DNA of 64,000 nucleotides from Rickettsiales bacterium (lineage in GTDB: Bacteria > Pseudomonadota > Alphaproteobacteria > Rs-D84): NCBI GenBank assembly GCA_031254335.1, contig JAIRUP010000011.1, positions 9,199-73,198 of the forward strand. The letters are read 5' to 3'. Shown here in pieces: positions 39,674 through 49,044 of this stretch (position 1 is the stretch's first letter; each line of letters opens with the position of its first letter). The notes beneath the pieces are model-generated. The model was not told where the DNA came from. It made no database searches and saw only the letters and a program-made list of their open reading frames with translations. A program made the translations under genes and the position numbers.

Positions 39674-40015
39674 TCGGAGTATATTGATAAAAACTGGCGC
39701 AAGTCATAAGGTTATTCGCATAAAAAATAATTGTCTTGATATGTCGCCAATGGGGTGCTAGTCTATGGGCGTATTCGGGCGGCTCGCCCGGGTATGCCAA
39801 AAGAACAACAAATATGCCGAGATTCCCCGGTCAAGCCGTGGAATGACAGGCTGAAAAACGAAAAAAAAGGGTGCGGATGTCTATAACAAGGCTCTGTTCA
39901 ATGTCGTCGGCGCGGTTTTACTTCGCGCTTATTGCCGGAATGACGAAAGTCCGAGGCAATCGCGGCACAGCCCAAATTTCCGTTCATAAAACAAGCAGAT
40001 ACAAAGGATTATATC

Positions 40016-41833
40016 ATGCCAAAACAAGTATATGTGGATGCTGTCCACCCGGAGGAAGTCCGTGTTGCCGTAGTTGACAACAACAAAGTAGCCGACTTCG
40101 ATGTAGAAACAACCACAAAACCCCAAATCAAGGGCAACATTTACCTTGCCAAAGTCGTTCGGGTCGAACCGTCGCTTCAAGCGGCTTTCGTCGAATACGG
40201 CGCGGGCAAAAACGGCTTCCTTCCGTTCTCGGAAATCCACCCCGACTATTACGATGTCCAGGCACAGGACAAGAAAGCCATGATGGAGTCCGCCCACGCC
40301 AACATGGTCGACGACGACGACGACCAGGACGAGGAAAACTCGGAATTCGTCGAATACGACGACAACAGCGCGGGCGAAGACAACAAGGAAATCCTGAAAC
40401 GCATGCGCGAATACAAGATTCAGGATGTCATCAAGCCAAAGCAAATCATGCTGATTCAGGGCGTCAAGGAAGAGCGCGGTCAAAAGGGCGCGTCCATGAC
40501 GACATACCTTTCGCTGGCCGGTCGGTTCGCGGTCTTCATGCCGAATTCCCGCAAGCGCAACCTTTACGGCATTTCCAAAAAAATCGGCGGCAAGGAAGAG
40601 CGCGCGCGCCTGCGCGACATCCTGCACGGCCTTAAAATTCCGCGCGGCATGACGGTCGTCCTCCGCACCGCGGCCGCGGGCGCAAGCAAGGACGACATCG
40701 CGAAGGACTATGAATACCTTACATCGCTTTGGAACGAAATCAGGCAGCAGACATTGAAGTCCGTCGCGCCGGCAATCATACACACCGAAGACTCGCTTCT
40801 GCGCCGCGTCGTCCGCGACTTCATATCGGACGAAAGGGATGTGCTTACCATCCAAGGCGACGAGGCCTTCGAGCAGGCGCAGGAATACTTCAAGATGATG
40901 CACGGCACCGCGCCCAAGAACCAAATAGTGAAATACGAGGACAAGGTTCCGCTTTTCGTAAAGGTGAACATCGAGCAAAGGCTTGAAGGACTTCACAAGC
41001 CCGAGGTGAATCTTCCGTCCGGCGGCAGCATCGTCCTGAACCAGACCGAGGCGATGGTCACAATCGATGTGAACTCGTCCCACGCGATAAAGGAAAAGAA
41101 CATCGAGGAAACCGCGCTCAACACCAATTTGGAAGCGGCCGAGGAAATCGCAATCCAGCTTCGCCTGCGCGACATGGCCGGAATCGTCGCCATCGATTTC
41201 ATCGACATGGAGGACGAGAAGAACCGCCGAAAGGTCGAGGCCCGCGTCCGCGAGCTTATGAAGCGCGACCGCGCGCGCACCCAGGTCGCGAAAATCAACA
41301 ATTTCGGCGTGCTTATGCTGTCGCGCCAGCGGCTTCGCAGCAGCTTCATCGAAAGCTCGTATGTGCAATGCCCGCACTGCACGGGGACCGGCGTCGTGCC
41401 GTCCATCCAGACCGCGTCCGTCATAATCTTCCGCCACTTGCAGGAAAAGATGATGAACAAGGCCATGAAGAAAATCGCGATTTCGGTTCCAAGCGATGTC
41501 GCAATCTATCTTCTGAACCAAAAGCGCGAGGACCTGTCGAAACTTGAATCGGAATACGATGTGGATGTGGTCGTCCTTGCCGACGACTCGCTGTCCAGCA
41601 TAAACCAGTATCAAATCATGAGCGTGCCGCTTGACTACAACGACGACGACGCGCTGCGCGCGAATGAACCCGCCGGGAACACTCCGAAGAAAAAATCGCC
41701 CGAGCAGCAGGCCGCGAAAAAAACCGTAATCGACACGCCGGTCCATCGAAGCGGCCGACGCCGCAGGGGCCGCAACAAGAATTTCCAGCAACAGCAGAAG
41801 AAGCAGAGTTTTTGGAAAAAGCTGGTCGGATAA
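40016..41833 (+). CDS. rne: Ribonuclease E/G
   Basis: 605 aa. S1-domain N-terminus (IKGNIYLAKVVRVEPSLQAAFVEYG) with an acidic insert, catalytic core (VTIDVNS, GIVAIDFIDM) and a basic C-terminal tail. About 300-nt upstream untranslated region. Confidence 0.85.
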   Translation: MPKQVYVDAVHPEEVRVAVVDNNKVADFDVETTTKPQIKGNIYLAKVVRVEPSLQAAFVEYGAGKNGFLPFSEIHPDYYDVQAQDKKAMMESAHANMVDDDDDQDEENSEFVEYDDNSAGEDNKEILKRMREYKIQDVIKPKQIMLIQGVKEERGQKGASMTTYLSLAGRFAVFMPNSRKRNLYGISKKIGGKEERARLRDILHGLKIPRGMTVVLRTAAAGASKDDIAKDYEYLTSLWNEIRQQTLKSVAPAIIHTEDSLLRRVVRDFISDERDVLTIQGDEAFEQAQEYFKMMHGTAPKNQIVKYEDKVPLFVKVNIEQRLEGLHKPEVNLPSGGSIVLNQTEAMVTIDVNSSHAIKEKNIEETALNTNLEAAEEIAIQLRLRDMAGIVAIDFIDMEDEKNRRKVEARVRELMKRDRARTQVAKINNFGVLMLSRQRLRSSFIESSYVQCPHCTGTGVVPSIQTASVIIFRHLQEKMMNKAMKKIAISVPSDVAIYLLNQKREDLSKLESEYDVDVVVLADDSLSSINQYQIMSVPLDYNDDDALRANEPAGNTPKKKSPEQQAAKKTVIDTPVHRSGRRRRGRNKNFQQQQKKQSFWKKLVG

Positions 41834-41878
41834 TGACAGAAATTGCGCCAAGGATTTTTGGAACCAAGGTAAGATAAT

Positions 41879-42691
41879 ATGAAATTCAGTAAAATTTTCG
41901 TGCCGATTGCGGCCGCTTCGCTAAGCCTGGTTTATTCCGCGACGGTCTTTTTGGGACAGGACATGCTGCTGTTCAAGCCCAAGAAACAGAACCCCGTCGG
42001 CGCGGATGTCGCTCCGCCGCAGTTCAAGAAAGTCTTCGCAAAGACCATGGACGGACTGTCGCTCCGCGCGAATTATTTCGAGGGCGGCGCGGACAAACCC
42101 GCGATACTTTACAACCACGGGCAGTCGTATAACATAGACAAGCTGGCGTTCGTGATGAGGCCGTATATAGAGGCGGGCTTTCCGGTCTATATGACGGAAT
42201 ACCGCGCGTATGGCGGAAATCCCGGCAAATATTCCGAAGCCGGCTTCGTTCTGGACATAGCCGCCGGATGGAATTTCCTTCGCGGCGAGGGCCATGAAAA
42301 AATAATCGTCCACGGTTTTTCGATGGGCTGCGCGCACACCGCGCGCTTCGCCGCCGAACACAAGCCGCAAGCCGTCATCTTGGAATCGTCGTTCGAGAAT
42401 CTCGCGCAGGCGACCCGCGCCGCGACCAAGCTGCCGCTTGCCGCAAATGTCCTGAAATACAAGATGGACACCGCGGGGCACGCGGCGAAAATCAGCGCGC
42501 CGACCTTGGTCATGCACGGAAGCGCGGACAAGAAAGTCCCGATAGAGCAGGGCCGCAAAGTTTTCCAATCGGTCCCGCACGCCGACAAGGAATTCGTCGA
42601 GATTCCCGACAGCGACCATTATATCTATACCAAAGGCTCCATCCAGAAAATCATAACCTGGCTTTCGTCCAGGGGCCTCGATAGATGCTGA
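41879..42691 (+). CDS. Alpha/beta hydrolase
   Basis: 270 aa. N-terminal TM/signal, nucleophile elbow HGFSMGC, later HGSAD and DH. Confidence 0.75.
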   Translation: MKFSKIFVPIAAASLSLVYSATVFLGQDMLLFKPKKQNPVGADVAPPQFKKVFAKTMDGLSLRANYFEGGADKPAILYNHGQSYNIDKLAFVMRPYIEAGFPVYMTEYRAYGGNPGKYSEAGFVLDIAAGWNFLRGEGHEKIIVHGFSMGCAHTARFAAEHKPQAVILESSFENLAQATRAATKLPLAANVLKYKMDTAGHAAKISAPTLVMHGSADKKVPIEQGRKVFQSVPHADKEFVEIPDSDHYIYTKGSIQKIITWLSSRGLDRC

Positions 42692-42700
42692 ATTAAAAAA

Positions 42701-42720
42701 CTCCCCCGCAAGGGGGAGTT
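42701..42720. terminator. Bidirectional hairpin CTCCCCCgcaaGGGGGAG between convergent genes
   Basis: Flanked by A6 and T-containing runs. Identical in design to hairpin 2 of the double-hairpin element. Confidence 0.65.
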
Positions 42721-42739
42721 GGTTATTGCGTTTTTGTCC

Positions 42740-44377
42740 TTAGTGCGCGAAGTGGCGCGTATGGGTTTTAATCATGGCGATTCCGCGTTTGTCCGCGGCT
42801 TTGATAACCGCCGGGTCGTTCTTCGAGCCGCCCGTCCAGATAACCGCGCTTCCGCCGTGCTTTGCGAAAACTTCCACGCAGTCCGGGAACGGGAAGAAGG
42901 CGTCAGACGCCATGACAAGCGGGGCGACCGCGTCGGCGAGATGGAGCTTCGCGGCGATATTGATGAGCCTGCCCGCGATTTTTCCATGGCTTCCCTGCAT
43001 CTTCATCATTCTTTTGATTGCGATTTCGAGAGAGTCTATGCGGCTTTGCTGGCCGGTTCCGACGCCGACAAGCTGCGTCCCGCGGCCGATGATTATGCCG
43101 TTCGATTTCGTCGGCTTGCACGCGCGCCACGCGAACATCATCGCTTCCATCTCGTCCGGCGTCGGGCGGCGTTTGGATACGATTTCCAACTTGTCGTAAA
43201 GTTTCGTGTCCCTTTCCTGGGCAAGCATTCCGCCGTCCAGGGCCTTGTATATCAGGCCGGACGGAATCTCATACGATTCGGGCTGGACCACAAGGCGCAG
43301 GTCCTTTTTGGTTTTAAGGACCATCAATGCCCTGCTGGAATATCCCGGCGCGATTATGCATTCGACGAAGTGCTTTTTGATATTGACTATTTCCTCGGCG
43401 GTCTCGCTGTCCACCGGGCGGTTGAACGACATGATTCCCCCGAACGCCGACAGCGGGTCGCACGCGAACGCCTTCTGATAGGCTTCCAGCTGGGTTTCGC
43501 CGAACGCCGCGCCGCAGGTGTTGTTGTGCTTGGCGATATTGCACATCGGCTTGTCCTTCGCGAATTCCTCGATGAATTTTTTCGCCGCGTCAAGGTCCAG
43601 ATAATTGTTGTATGACAACGCCTTGCCGTGAATCTGCCGGGCGTTGATGGCAAGCCCTTTGCCGCCGTCCGTCTTGTTCAGATACAGCGCGCCCTTTTGG
43701 TGCGGATTTTCCGCATACCTGATTTCGGTGTCCACTTTTTCAAGCGGTATGGTCTTCTTTTCCGGGAACTGCTCGTAGTTCAGATAATCCGCGATAATCG
43801 AATCATAATAAGAAGTATGCCCGTAGACCTTGGCCGCCAGAGCAAGGCGGAATTCTTCCGTAATGCCGCCGTCCTGCAAGCCGGAAACCACGGACGCATA
43901 GTCGCGCGGGTCGGTTATCACAAGGACATCCTTGTGGTTTTTCGCGGCGGCGCGAAGCATGGTCGGCCCGCCTATGTCTATGTTCTCGATAATCTTCGGG
44001 TCGATTCTTTTGTTCGCGGGCTTCTTGATGTCGGCGGCGACTTTCTCGAACGGATACAGGTTGCAGACGACGATGTCGATTGTTCCCGCGCCCAGGTCCG
44101 CCAGGTCCTCCATGTGTTCCTTCTTGCTTCGGTCGGCGAGTATGCCGCCGGTCACCATCGGGTGCATCGTCTTCACGCGGCCGTCCATCATCTCCTTCAT
44201 GCCGGTGTATTCCGAGACATCCTTGCACGGGACGCCTTCCTTGCGAAGTGTCTTGGCCGTGCCGCCGCTGGAAATTATGTCGTATCCAAGGCCGACCAGC
44301 TCCCATGCGAAATCCACGATTCCCGTTTTGTCGAACACGCTCAGCAGCGCGGTTTTTGCTTCATGTTTTTTGTTCAT
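42740..44377 (-). CDS. purH: Bifunctional AICAR transformylase / IMP cyclohydrolase
   Basis: Starts at MNKKHEAKTALLSVFDKTGIVDFA (MGS-like domain), followed by the AICARFT domain. The upstream 190 codons of the track ORF overlap purL and are an artefact. Confidence 0.92.
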   Translation of the reverse strand: MNKKHEAKTALLSVFDKTGIVDFAWELVGLGYDIISSGGTAKTLRKEGVPCKDVSEYTGMKEMMDGRVKTMHPMVTGGILADRSKKEHMEDLADLGAGTIDIVVCNLYPFEKVAADIKKPANKRIDPKIIENIDIGGPTMLRAAAKNHKDVLVITDPRDYASVVSGLQDGGITEEFRLALAAKVYGHTSYYDSIIADYLNYEQFPEKKTIPLEKVDTEIRYAENPHQKGALYLNKTDGGKGLAINARQIHGKALSYNNYLDLDAAKKFIEEFAKDKPMCNIAKHNNTCGAAFGETQLEAYQKAFACDPLSAFGGIMSFNRPVDSETAEEIVNIKKHFVECIIAPGYSSRALMVLKTKKDLRLVVQPESYEIPSGLIYKALDGGMLAQERDTKLYDKLEIVSKRRPTPDEMEAMMFAWRACKPTKSNGIIIGRGTQLVGVGTGQQSRIDSLEIAIKRMMKMQGSHGKIAGRLINIAAKLHLADAVAPLVMASDAFFPFPDCVEVFAKHGGSAVIWTGGSKNDPAVIKAADKRGIAMIKTHTRHFAH

Positions 44378-44391
44378 GTCTTCTTCCTTTT

Positions 44392-47300
44392 TTATCTGGT
44401 AAAGTGGTTGTTTGCGGAGGCGAACATTTGCAGCCACGGCATCGCGGCCAAGTCGCCCGGCGTCCAAAGTTTGACGCCCGGATTCCAAGCCCATTGGTGC
44501 GGCAGAATCGCGCGCTCGGGGTGCGGCATCATGGCGACTATGCGGCCGTCCATCGACGCGATTCCCGCGACGCCCATATAGCTGCCGTTCGGATTCCCGG
44601 GATACTGTTCGTATGCGTATTTCAGAACGATTTGATAGTCCCTGCCGAAACGGATGTTGGATAAATCGAACTTGCCTTCGCCGTGCGCGACCCAAACCGG
44701 CATCGCGATTCCGGACAGTTCGCCGAGCATGACCGAGCTGTTCGCCGGGATTTGCGTCGAAACGAACGCGGACTCGAATTTGCCGGAATCGTTCCTTTGC
44801 ATCGGGGAAGGCTTGCCGCCGATAAGCCCAAGCTCCATAAGAACCTGGCATCCGTTGCAAACGCCCAGAATCAAGGTGTTTCCGCGTCCATAGAAATTCA
44901 TGAGGGCGTCGTTCGCGCGCGCGTTGTATTTGAATTTCGCGGCCCATCCCCTTCCCGCCGCGAAAGCGTCCGCGTTCGAGAATCCGCCGGCGAATATCGC
45001 CATGTCGGCGTCGGTGAGATTTTCGCGGCCTTCCATAAGGTCGGTCATGGTTATGTCGCGGACGGCGTCGAATCCGCCCATCTTGGCGGCGTATTGCATT
45101 TCGCGGTCGCCGTTCACGCCCTTGTCGCGGATGACGGCGGCGGTCGTTTTTCTTTTCGCGTTTTTATTGATGTTGATGTATTTCAGGCCGCGCGTCATGT
45201 CGTCCACGACAAGCGGCTGCTTGAAGATGTTCGCCCTGCGTTCCTTGGCGCGCTTGTTCTGGAATTTTTCCAGCTCGGCAGAGGGGCGCATCCAATCTTC
45301 GCGCAGGCTGTCGATGTCCAGGCTGATTGGCCTTTCGTTCTCGCGCACTATTTCCAATTTGCGCTCCGGGATTGTTTCGCCGATTCTGGCCGCCATGTTC
45401 TTCATGAAGTTGTATTTCGGGTTGAAGAGTATCTCCTCGAACCTGGCCGTGTCCTTTTTGGCGACCTGGACGATGACGCCCGGATTTTCCGAGAACATTT
45501 CCGGGTGCATGTCGTCGGAAAGCGACCAAAGTTTCACGCCGCCTTTTGTGTTGGCGAATGTCATTTCAAGAAGCGCGGTTATCATTCCGCCGGAAGATAT
45601 GCTGTTCCCCGCGAGAATCAGGCCTTCGGAGAGCGCGGCTTGAACGGCCTCGAACGCGTCCTTGAAATGCTCGGCGCTTCGGACATCGGGCGACTCGCCC
45701 CCGACGAATCCAAGCGACTGCGCCAAGGCCGAGCCGCCGAGGTTCATCGACGCGAACGACATGTCTATTTGATATAGCACGGATTCGGTTTTCGCGTCCA
45801 TGACCGGCAGGACTTTTTTCTCGATGCCTTGGACGGTTCCGCCGGACGAGATTATGACGGTTCCGGGCGCGCGGGTCTTTTCGCCCGCGACCGACTGCGT
45901 CATGGAGAGCGAATCCTTGCCGGTCGGGACGGTTATGCCGAGCGAAAGGCAGAAATCGCGCACGGCAAGGACGGCGTCATACAGGCGCGCGTCTTCGCCG
46001 GGATTCCTGCACGGCCACATCCAGTTCGCGGAAAGCGCGACGCCGGAAAGCCCGTCTTTAAGCGGCGCGAATATAAGGGGCGTCAGCGCGTCCGCGATTG
46101 CAAGGCGCGAGCCGGACGCGGCGTCGATAAGCGCGGCGACGGGCGCGAATCCCACGGCCTCGGCGACACCCGCGTCCGTGTCCAGGTCGAATTTCGTGAT
46201 TCCGTATTTGCAAACCGGAAGCTGCAATTCGCCAACGCACGGCTGCTGCGCGACAAGGCCGGTGACGCTGCGGTCGACCTTGTTCGTCATCCAGTCCCTG
46301 CTTCCGACCGAAGTCATGGACAGGACATTTCTAAGGTTTTCCTCGAAATGCCCGTTGCTGCAAACGGCGTCCGCGAATTCGTGCTTTACGCGCGAATCCT
46401 TCATGATGGTTTTCGGGGGATTCCTCAGGATTGATTCAAGGTCCATGTCCACGGGCTTGTCGCCGTCCGCCTGTTCGAACGCGAATTTGAGGTCGCCGGT
46501 AAGCTCGCCTATGACGAAGGCCGGGCAGCCCTCGCGCTTCGCCGTCGCAAGGACTTTTTTCACATCCGCTTCGTCCACAAGCAGGCCTTCGCGCTCCTGC
46601 GATTCGTTGCTTATGATTTCGCGGGCGGACATGGTCTTGTCGCCGACCGGGAGGCGGTCCATGTATATTTTTCCGCCGGTTTTCTCGACCAGTTCCACAA
46701 GGCAGTTGAAGTGGCCGCCCGCGCCGTGGTCATGGACGGATACGATTGGATTTTTCGCGGATTCGGCGCAGGCGCGTATGACGCGGAACACGCGGTTCTG
46801 CATTTCGGCGTTGTCGCGCTGGACGGACGCGAAATCCACGGCCTTGGTGGTGGCGCCGCTGTTCAGGGACGCGGCCGAACCGCCGCCCAGGCCGACAAGA
46901 TAGTTCGAGCCGCCGAGCAGGATGATTTTCTGGCCGGGCTTCACGCGGCTTTCGTCCTTCTTCATGAATTTCTCGTTCACATATCCGACGCCGCCGGCTT
47001 GAAGGATGGGCTTGTTGTATCCCCAGTTGATTCCGTTTTCGGAATGCTCGAATGTGAAGACGCGCGCGTTTGTAAGGGGCTGTCCGTATTCGTTGGCGTA
47101 ATGGAACGCTCCGTCGGTTCCCTCGGTCAGAATCTGCTGCGGCGAGGAATAAAGGTATTCCTTTTTGCTGTCCAAAGGATTTGTCATGATGACAAGCGTT
47201 CCCGAAAGCGGGACAGACCCGTGTCCCACGGACATGCGGTCGCGGATTTCGCCGCCGGTGCCGGTCGCCGCGCCCGGAAAGGGCGACACGCCGGTCGGAT

Positions 47301-48078
47301 GGTTGTGCGTTTCGGCTTTAAGCGTCCAGCCGACGCGGATTGGTTTTTTGACCATTTCGCCGTTTTCATTCGGCGACCATTGGACCATGTCCATGCTGTC
47401 CATGACGGCGGCGTTGTCGCCGTAGGCGTTTTTCACATTGCCCTTGTAGCCGGTCGCGGAAGATTTGTCGAGCGTCGTTTCCTTTATCATCTGGAACAGG
47501 GTCTTGTCCTGTCTTTTGCCGTCAATCCAGAATTCGCCGTTGAAAATCTTGTGGCGGCAATGCTCGGAATTGGCCTGGCAGAAACCCATAAGCTCGGCGT
47601 CCGTAAGGGACGCGCCGCGCGCCGCCGCGTATTTTTCCAAATATTCTATTTCCTCTTCCGAAAGGGCAAGGCCGTGCTCCTTGTTGTAGCCGCGGATGTC
47701 TTGGATATGCTTTATGGGCTGGGCTTCGCGGTCGATGTTGAAGATATCCTGTCCAAGCATCGGATAGACGCTTTGCAGCATTCGGTCGAATTCGGGATTC
47801 GTCTCGTCCGCGCGGACATAGCTTTCTATGCGCGTGATTCCGTGGACGCCCGCGGCCCGGGCGATTTCCGTCGCGGATGTCGAGAACGGCGTCTCGCGTT
47901 CCCTGCGCGTCCCGACGAACGAGAAGTTTTCGGCGATTCTGTCGGAATCGTCGTATTCGCCGTTCGTAAGGTATTCCAGCTTTTCTATGTATTCCTTGGA
48001 CAGCTTGCCGTTATGCTCCGCCGCATAAACCAGCTTGGAATTTCCGTTGTTCCTGAAAAAATGTATGTTCCTTGCCAT
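44392..48078 (-). CDS. purL: Phosphoribosylformylglycinamidine synthase, single-chain large type
   Basis: About 1228 aa from MARNIHFF. Contains an N-terminal PurS-like region, duplicated AIRS domains and a C-terminal glutaminase (GVCNGCQ, HPER). Confidence 0.92.
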   Translation of the reverse strand: MARNIHFFRNNGNSKLVYAAEHNGKLSKEYIEKLEYLTNGEYDDSDRIAENFSFVGTRRERETPFSTSATEIARAAGVHGITRIESYVRADETNPEFDRMLQSVYPMLGQDIFNIDREAQPIKHIQDIRGYNKEHGLALSEEEIEYLEKYAAARGASLTDAELMGFCQANSEHCRHKIFNGEFWIDGKRQDKTLFQMIKETTLDKSSATGYKGNVKNAYGDNAAVMDSMDMVQWSPNENGEMVKKPIRVGWTLKAETHNHPTGVSPFPGAATGTGGEIRDRMSVGHGSVPLSGTLVIMTNPLDSKKEYLYSSPQQILTEGTDGAFHYANEYGQPLTNARVFTFEHSENGINWGYNKPILQAGGVGYVNEKFMKKDESRVKPGQKIILLGGSNYLVGLGGGSAASLNSGATTKAVDFASVQRDNAEMQNRVFRVIRACAESAKNPIVSVHDHGAGGHFNCLVELVEKTGGKIYMDRLPVGDKTMSAREIISNESQEREGLLVDEADVKKVLATAKREGCPAFVIGELTGDLKFAFEQADGDKPVDMDLESILRNPPKTIMKDSRVKHEFADAVCSNGHFEENLRNVLSMTSVGSRDWMTNKVDRSVTGLVAQQPCVGELQLPVCKYGITKFDLDTDAGVAEAVGFAPVAALIDAASGSRLAIADALTPLIFAPLKDGLSGVALSANWMWPCRNPGEDARLYDAVLAVRDFCLSLGITVPTGKDSLSMTQSVAGEKTRAPGTVIISSGGTVQGIEKKVLPVMDAKTESVLYQIDMSFASMNLGGSALAQSLGFVGGESPDVRSAEHFKDAFEAVQAALSEGLILAGNSISSGGMITALLEMTFANTKGGVKLWSLSDDMHPEMFSENPGVIVQVAKKDTARFEEILFNPKYNFMKNMAARIGETIPERKLEIVRENERPISLDIDSLREDWMRPSAELEKFQNKRAKERRANIFKQPLVVDDMTRGLKYININKNAKRKTTAAVIRDKGVNGDREMQYAAKMGGFDAVRDITMTDLMEGRENLTDADMAIFAGGFSNADAFAAGRGWAAKFKYNARANDALMNFYGRGNTLILGVCNGCQVLMELGLIGGKPSPMQRNDSGKFESAFVSTQIPANSSVMLGELSGIAMPVWVAHGEGKFDLSNIRFGRDYQIVLKYAYEQYPGNPNGSYMGVAGIASMDGRIVAMMPHPERAILPHQWAWNPGVKLWTPGDLAAMPWLQMFASANNHFTR

Positions 48079-48089
48079 GACGCGGCTCC

Positions 48090-48890
48090 TTACCTTACGA
48101 TTGTTCTTTTCTCGTTGCTTATCCTGTTCGTTATGATGATTTGGCCTATGTTGCCGGTCTCGACAAGGTTCAGCATGGATTCGCATTTGACCGCCATGCC
48201 GTCCGTTATTACTCCGGCCTCTTTAAGGGCGGGATAATTGTCCTTGGTTATTTCGGGTATGATTTCTTTTTGCAAATCCAAAACGCCCGGGACATCCGAA
48301 AGCATATAAAGGCTTACATCGTAAAACCTGCCCGTTTCCTTCGCGACGGCTTCGGCGACATGGTCGGCGTTGGTGTTCATGACATTGCCCCGGTCCTTCA
48401 ATACCGTAAGGCAGTGTATCACCGGGGACATATTATATTGAAGAATCTGTTGGATGCTTGAAACATGGACGCAGCCCGGATAAACCCTGCCGACGAATCC
48501 GTAATCGACTTCGTTCCCGTCCTTGTCCTTGTCGACGGGCATCTGTTCCGAATTGACGAGAATCCCCGTCTTGTCGTGGCCGAGATAGACCGTGTTGTCC
48601 CCGCAAAGCCCGTTCAGGGTGTTCGCGATGTCGCGGTTGATTTCCAAGACGACTTTTTCGACGACATTCAAGACCGGCTCCGGCGTTATGCGAAGCCCGT
48701 TGTGGGTCGCGTTCAGAATGCCTTGTTTTTTAAGCTCTTCGGATATAAGGACGCCCGCGCCGTGGCTGAGGAGCTTGTATCCGGGAAGCGCGTGGAAATC
48801 TTGGACGGTTTCCGCGAATTCCGTTTTGTTCTCGTATTTCTTGCCGCTGATTTTAACAATGCTGAGCGCCGGTTTTTTAACTTCGGACAT
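48090..48890 (-). CDS. Amino-acid kinase family protein (acetylglutamate kinase-like)
   Basis: 266 aa. SIVKISGKK nucleotide-binding N-terminus, SHGAG, and a C-terminal ITDGM pattern. Exact substrate is uncertain. Confidence 0.6.
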   Translation of the reverse strand: MSEVKKPALSIVKISGKKYENKTEFAETVQDFHALPGYKLLSHGAGVLISEELKKQGILNATHNGLRITPEPVLNVVEKVVLEINRDIANTLNGLCGDNTVYLGHDKTGILVNSEQMPVDKDKDGNEVDYGFVGRVYPGCVHVSSIQQILQYNMSPVIHCLTVLKDRGNVMNTNADHVAEAVAKETGRFYDVSLYMLSDVPGVLDLQKEIIPEITKDNYPALKEAGVITDGMAVKCESMLNLVETGNIGQIIITNRISNEKRTIVR

Positions 48891-49044
48891 ATATTGGCCT
48901 TACAGGTTTGTTCTCTCCAACCCCCGGCTTATTTGGAAGTTATACCACCCGAATATATTTTTGTCAAACACTATTATTTGTTATTGTAAATCGGGAAAAT
49001 ACGATATAATCTTTGGTGTCTAGCGACAAAAAAAGGAATAAAAA

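Noticed and set aside
39929-41851. 640-aa ORF on the - strand
   Set aside because: It is antisense to RNase E/G, which has unmistakable S1 and catalytic motifs. The antisense product is low-complexity (V/L/D/R-rich).
44378-44947. 190-codon N-terminal extension of the purH track ORF
   Set aside because: It overlaps the 3-prime end of purL in another frame and is Arg-rich. PurH homology starts at MNKKHEAKTALL.
44683-48237. Several 250-500-aa + strand ORFs (44683..45777, 44900..45643, 45800..46903, 46711..48237)
   Set aside because: All are antisense to the well-supported purL gene. Their compositions are Arg/Ser-rich, with no recognisable domains.
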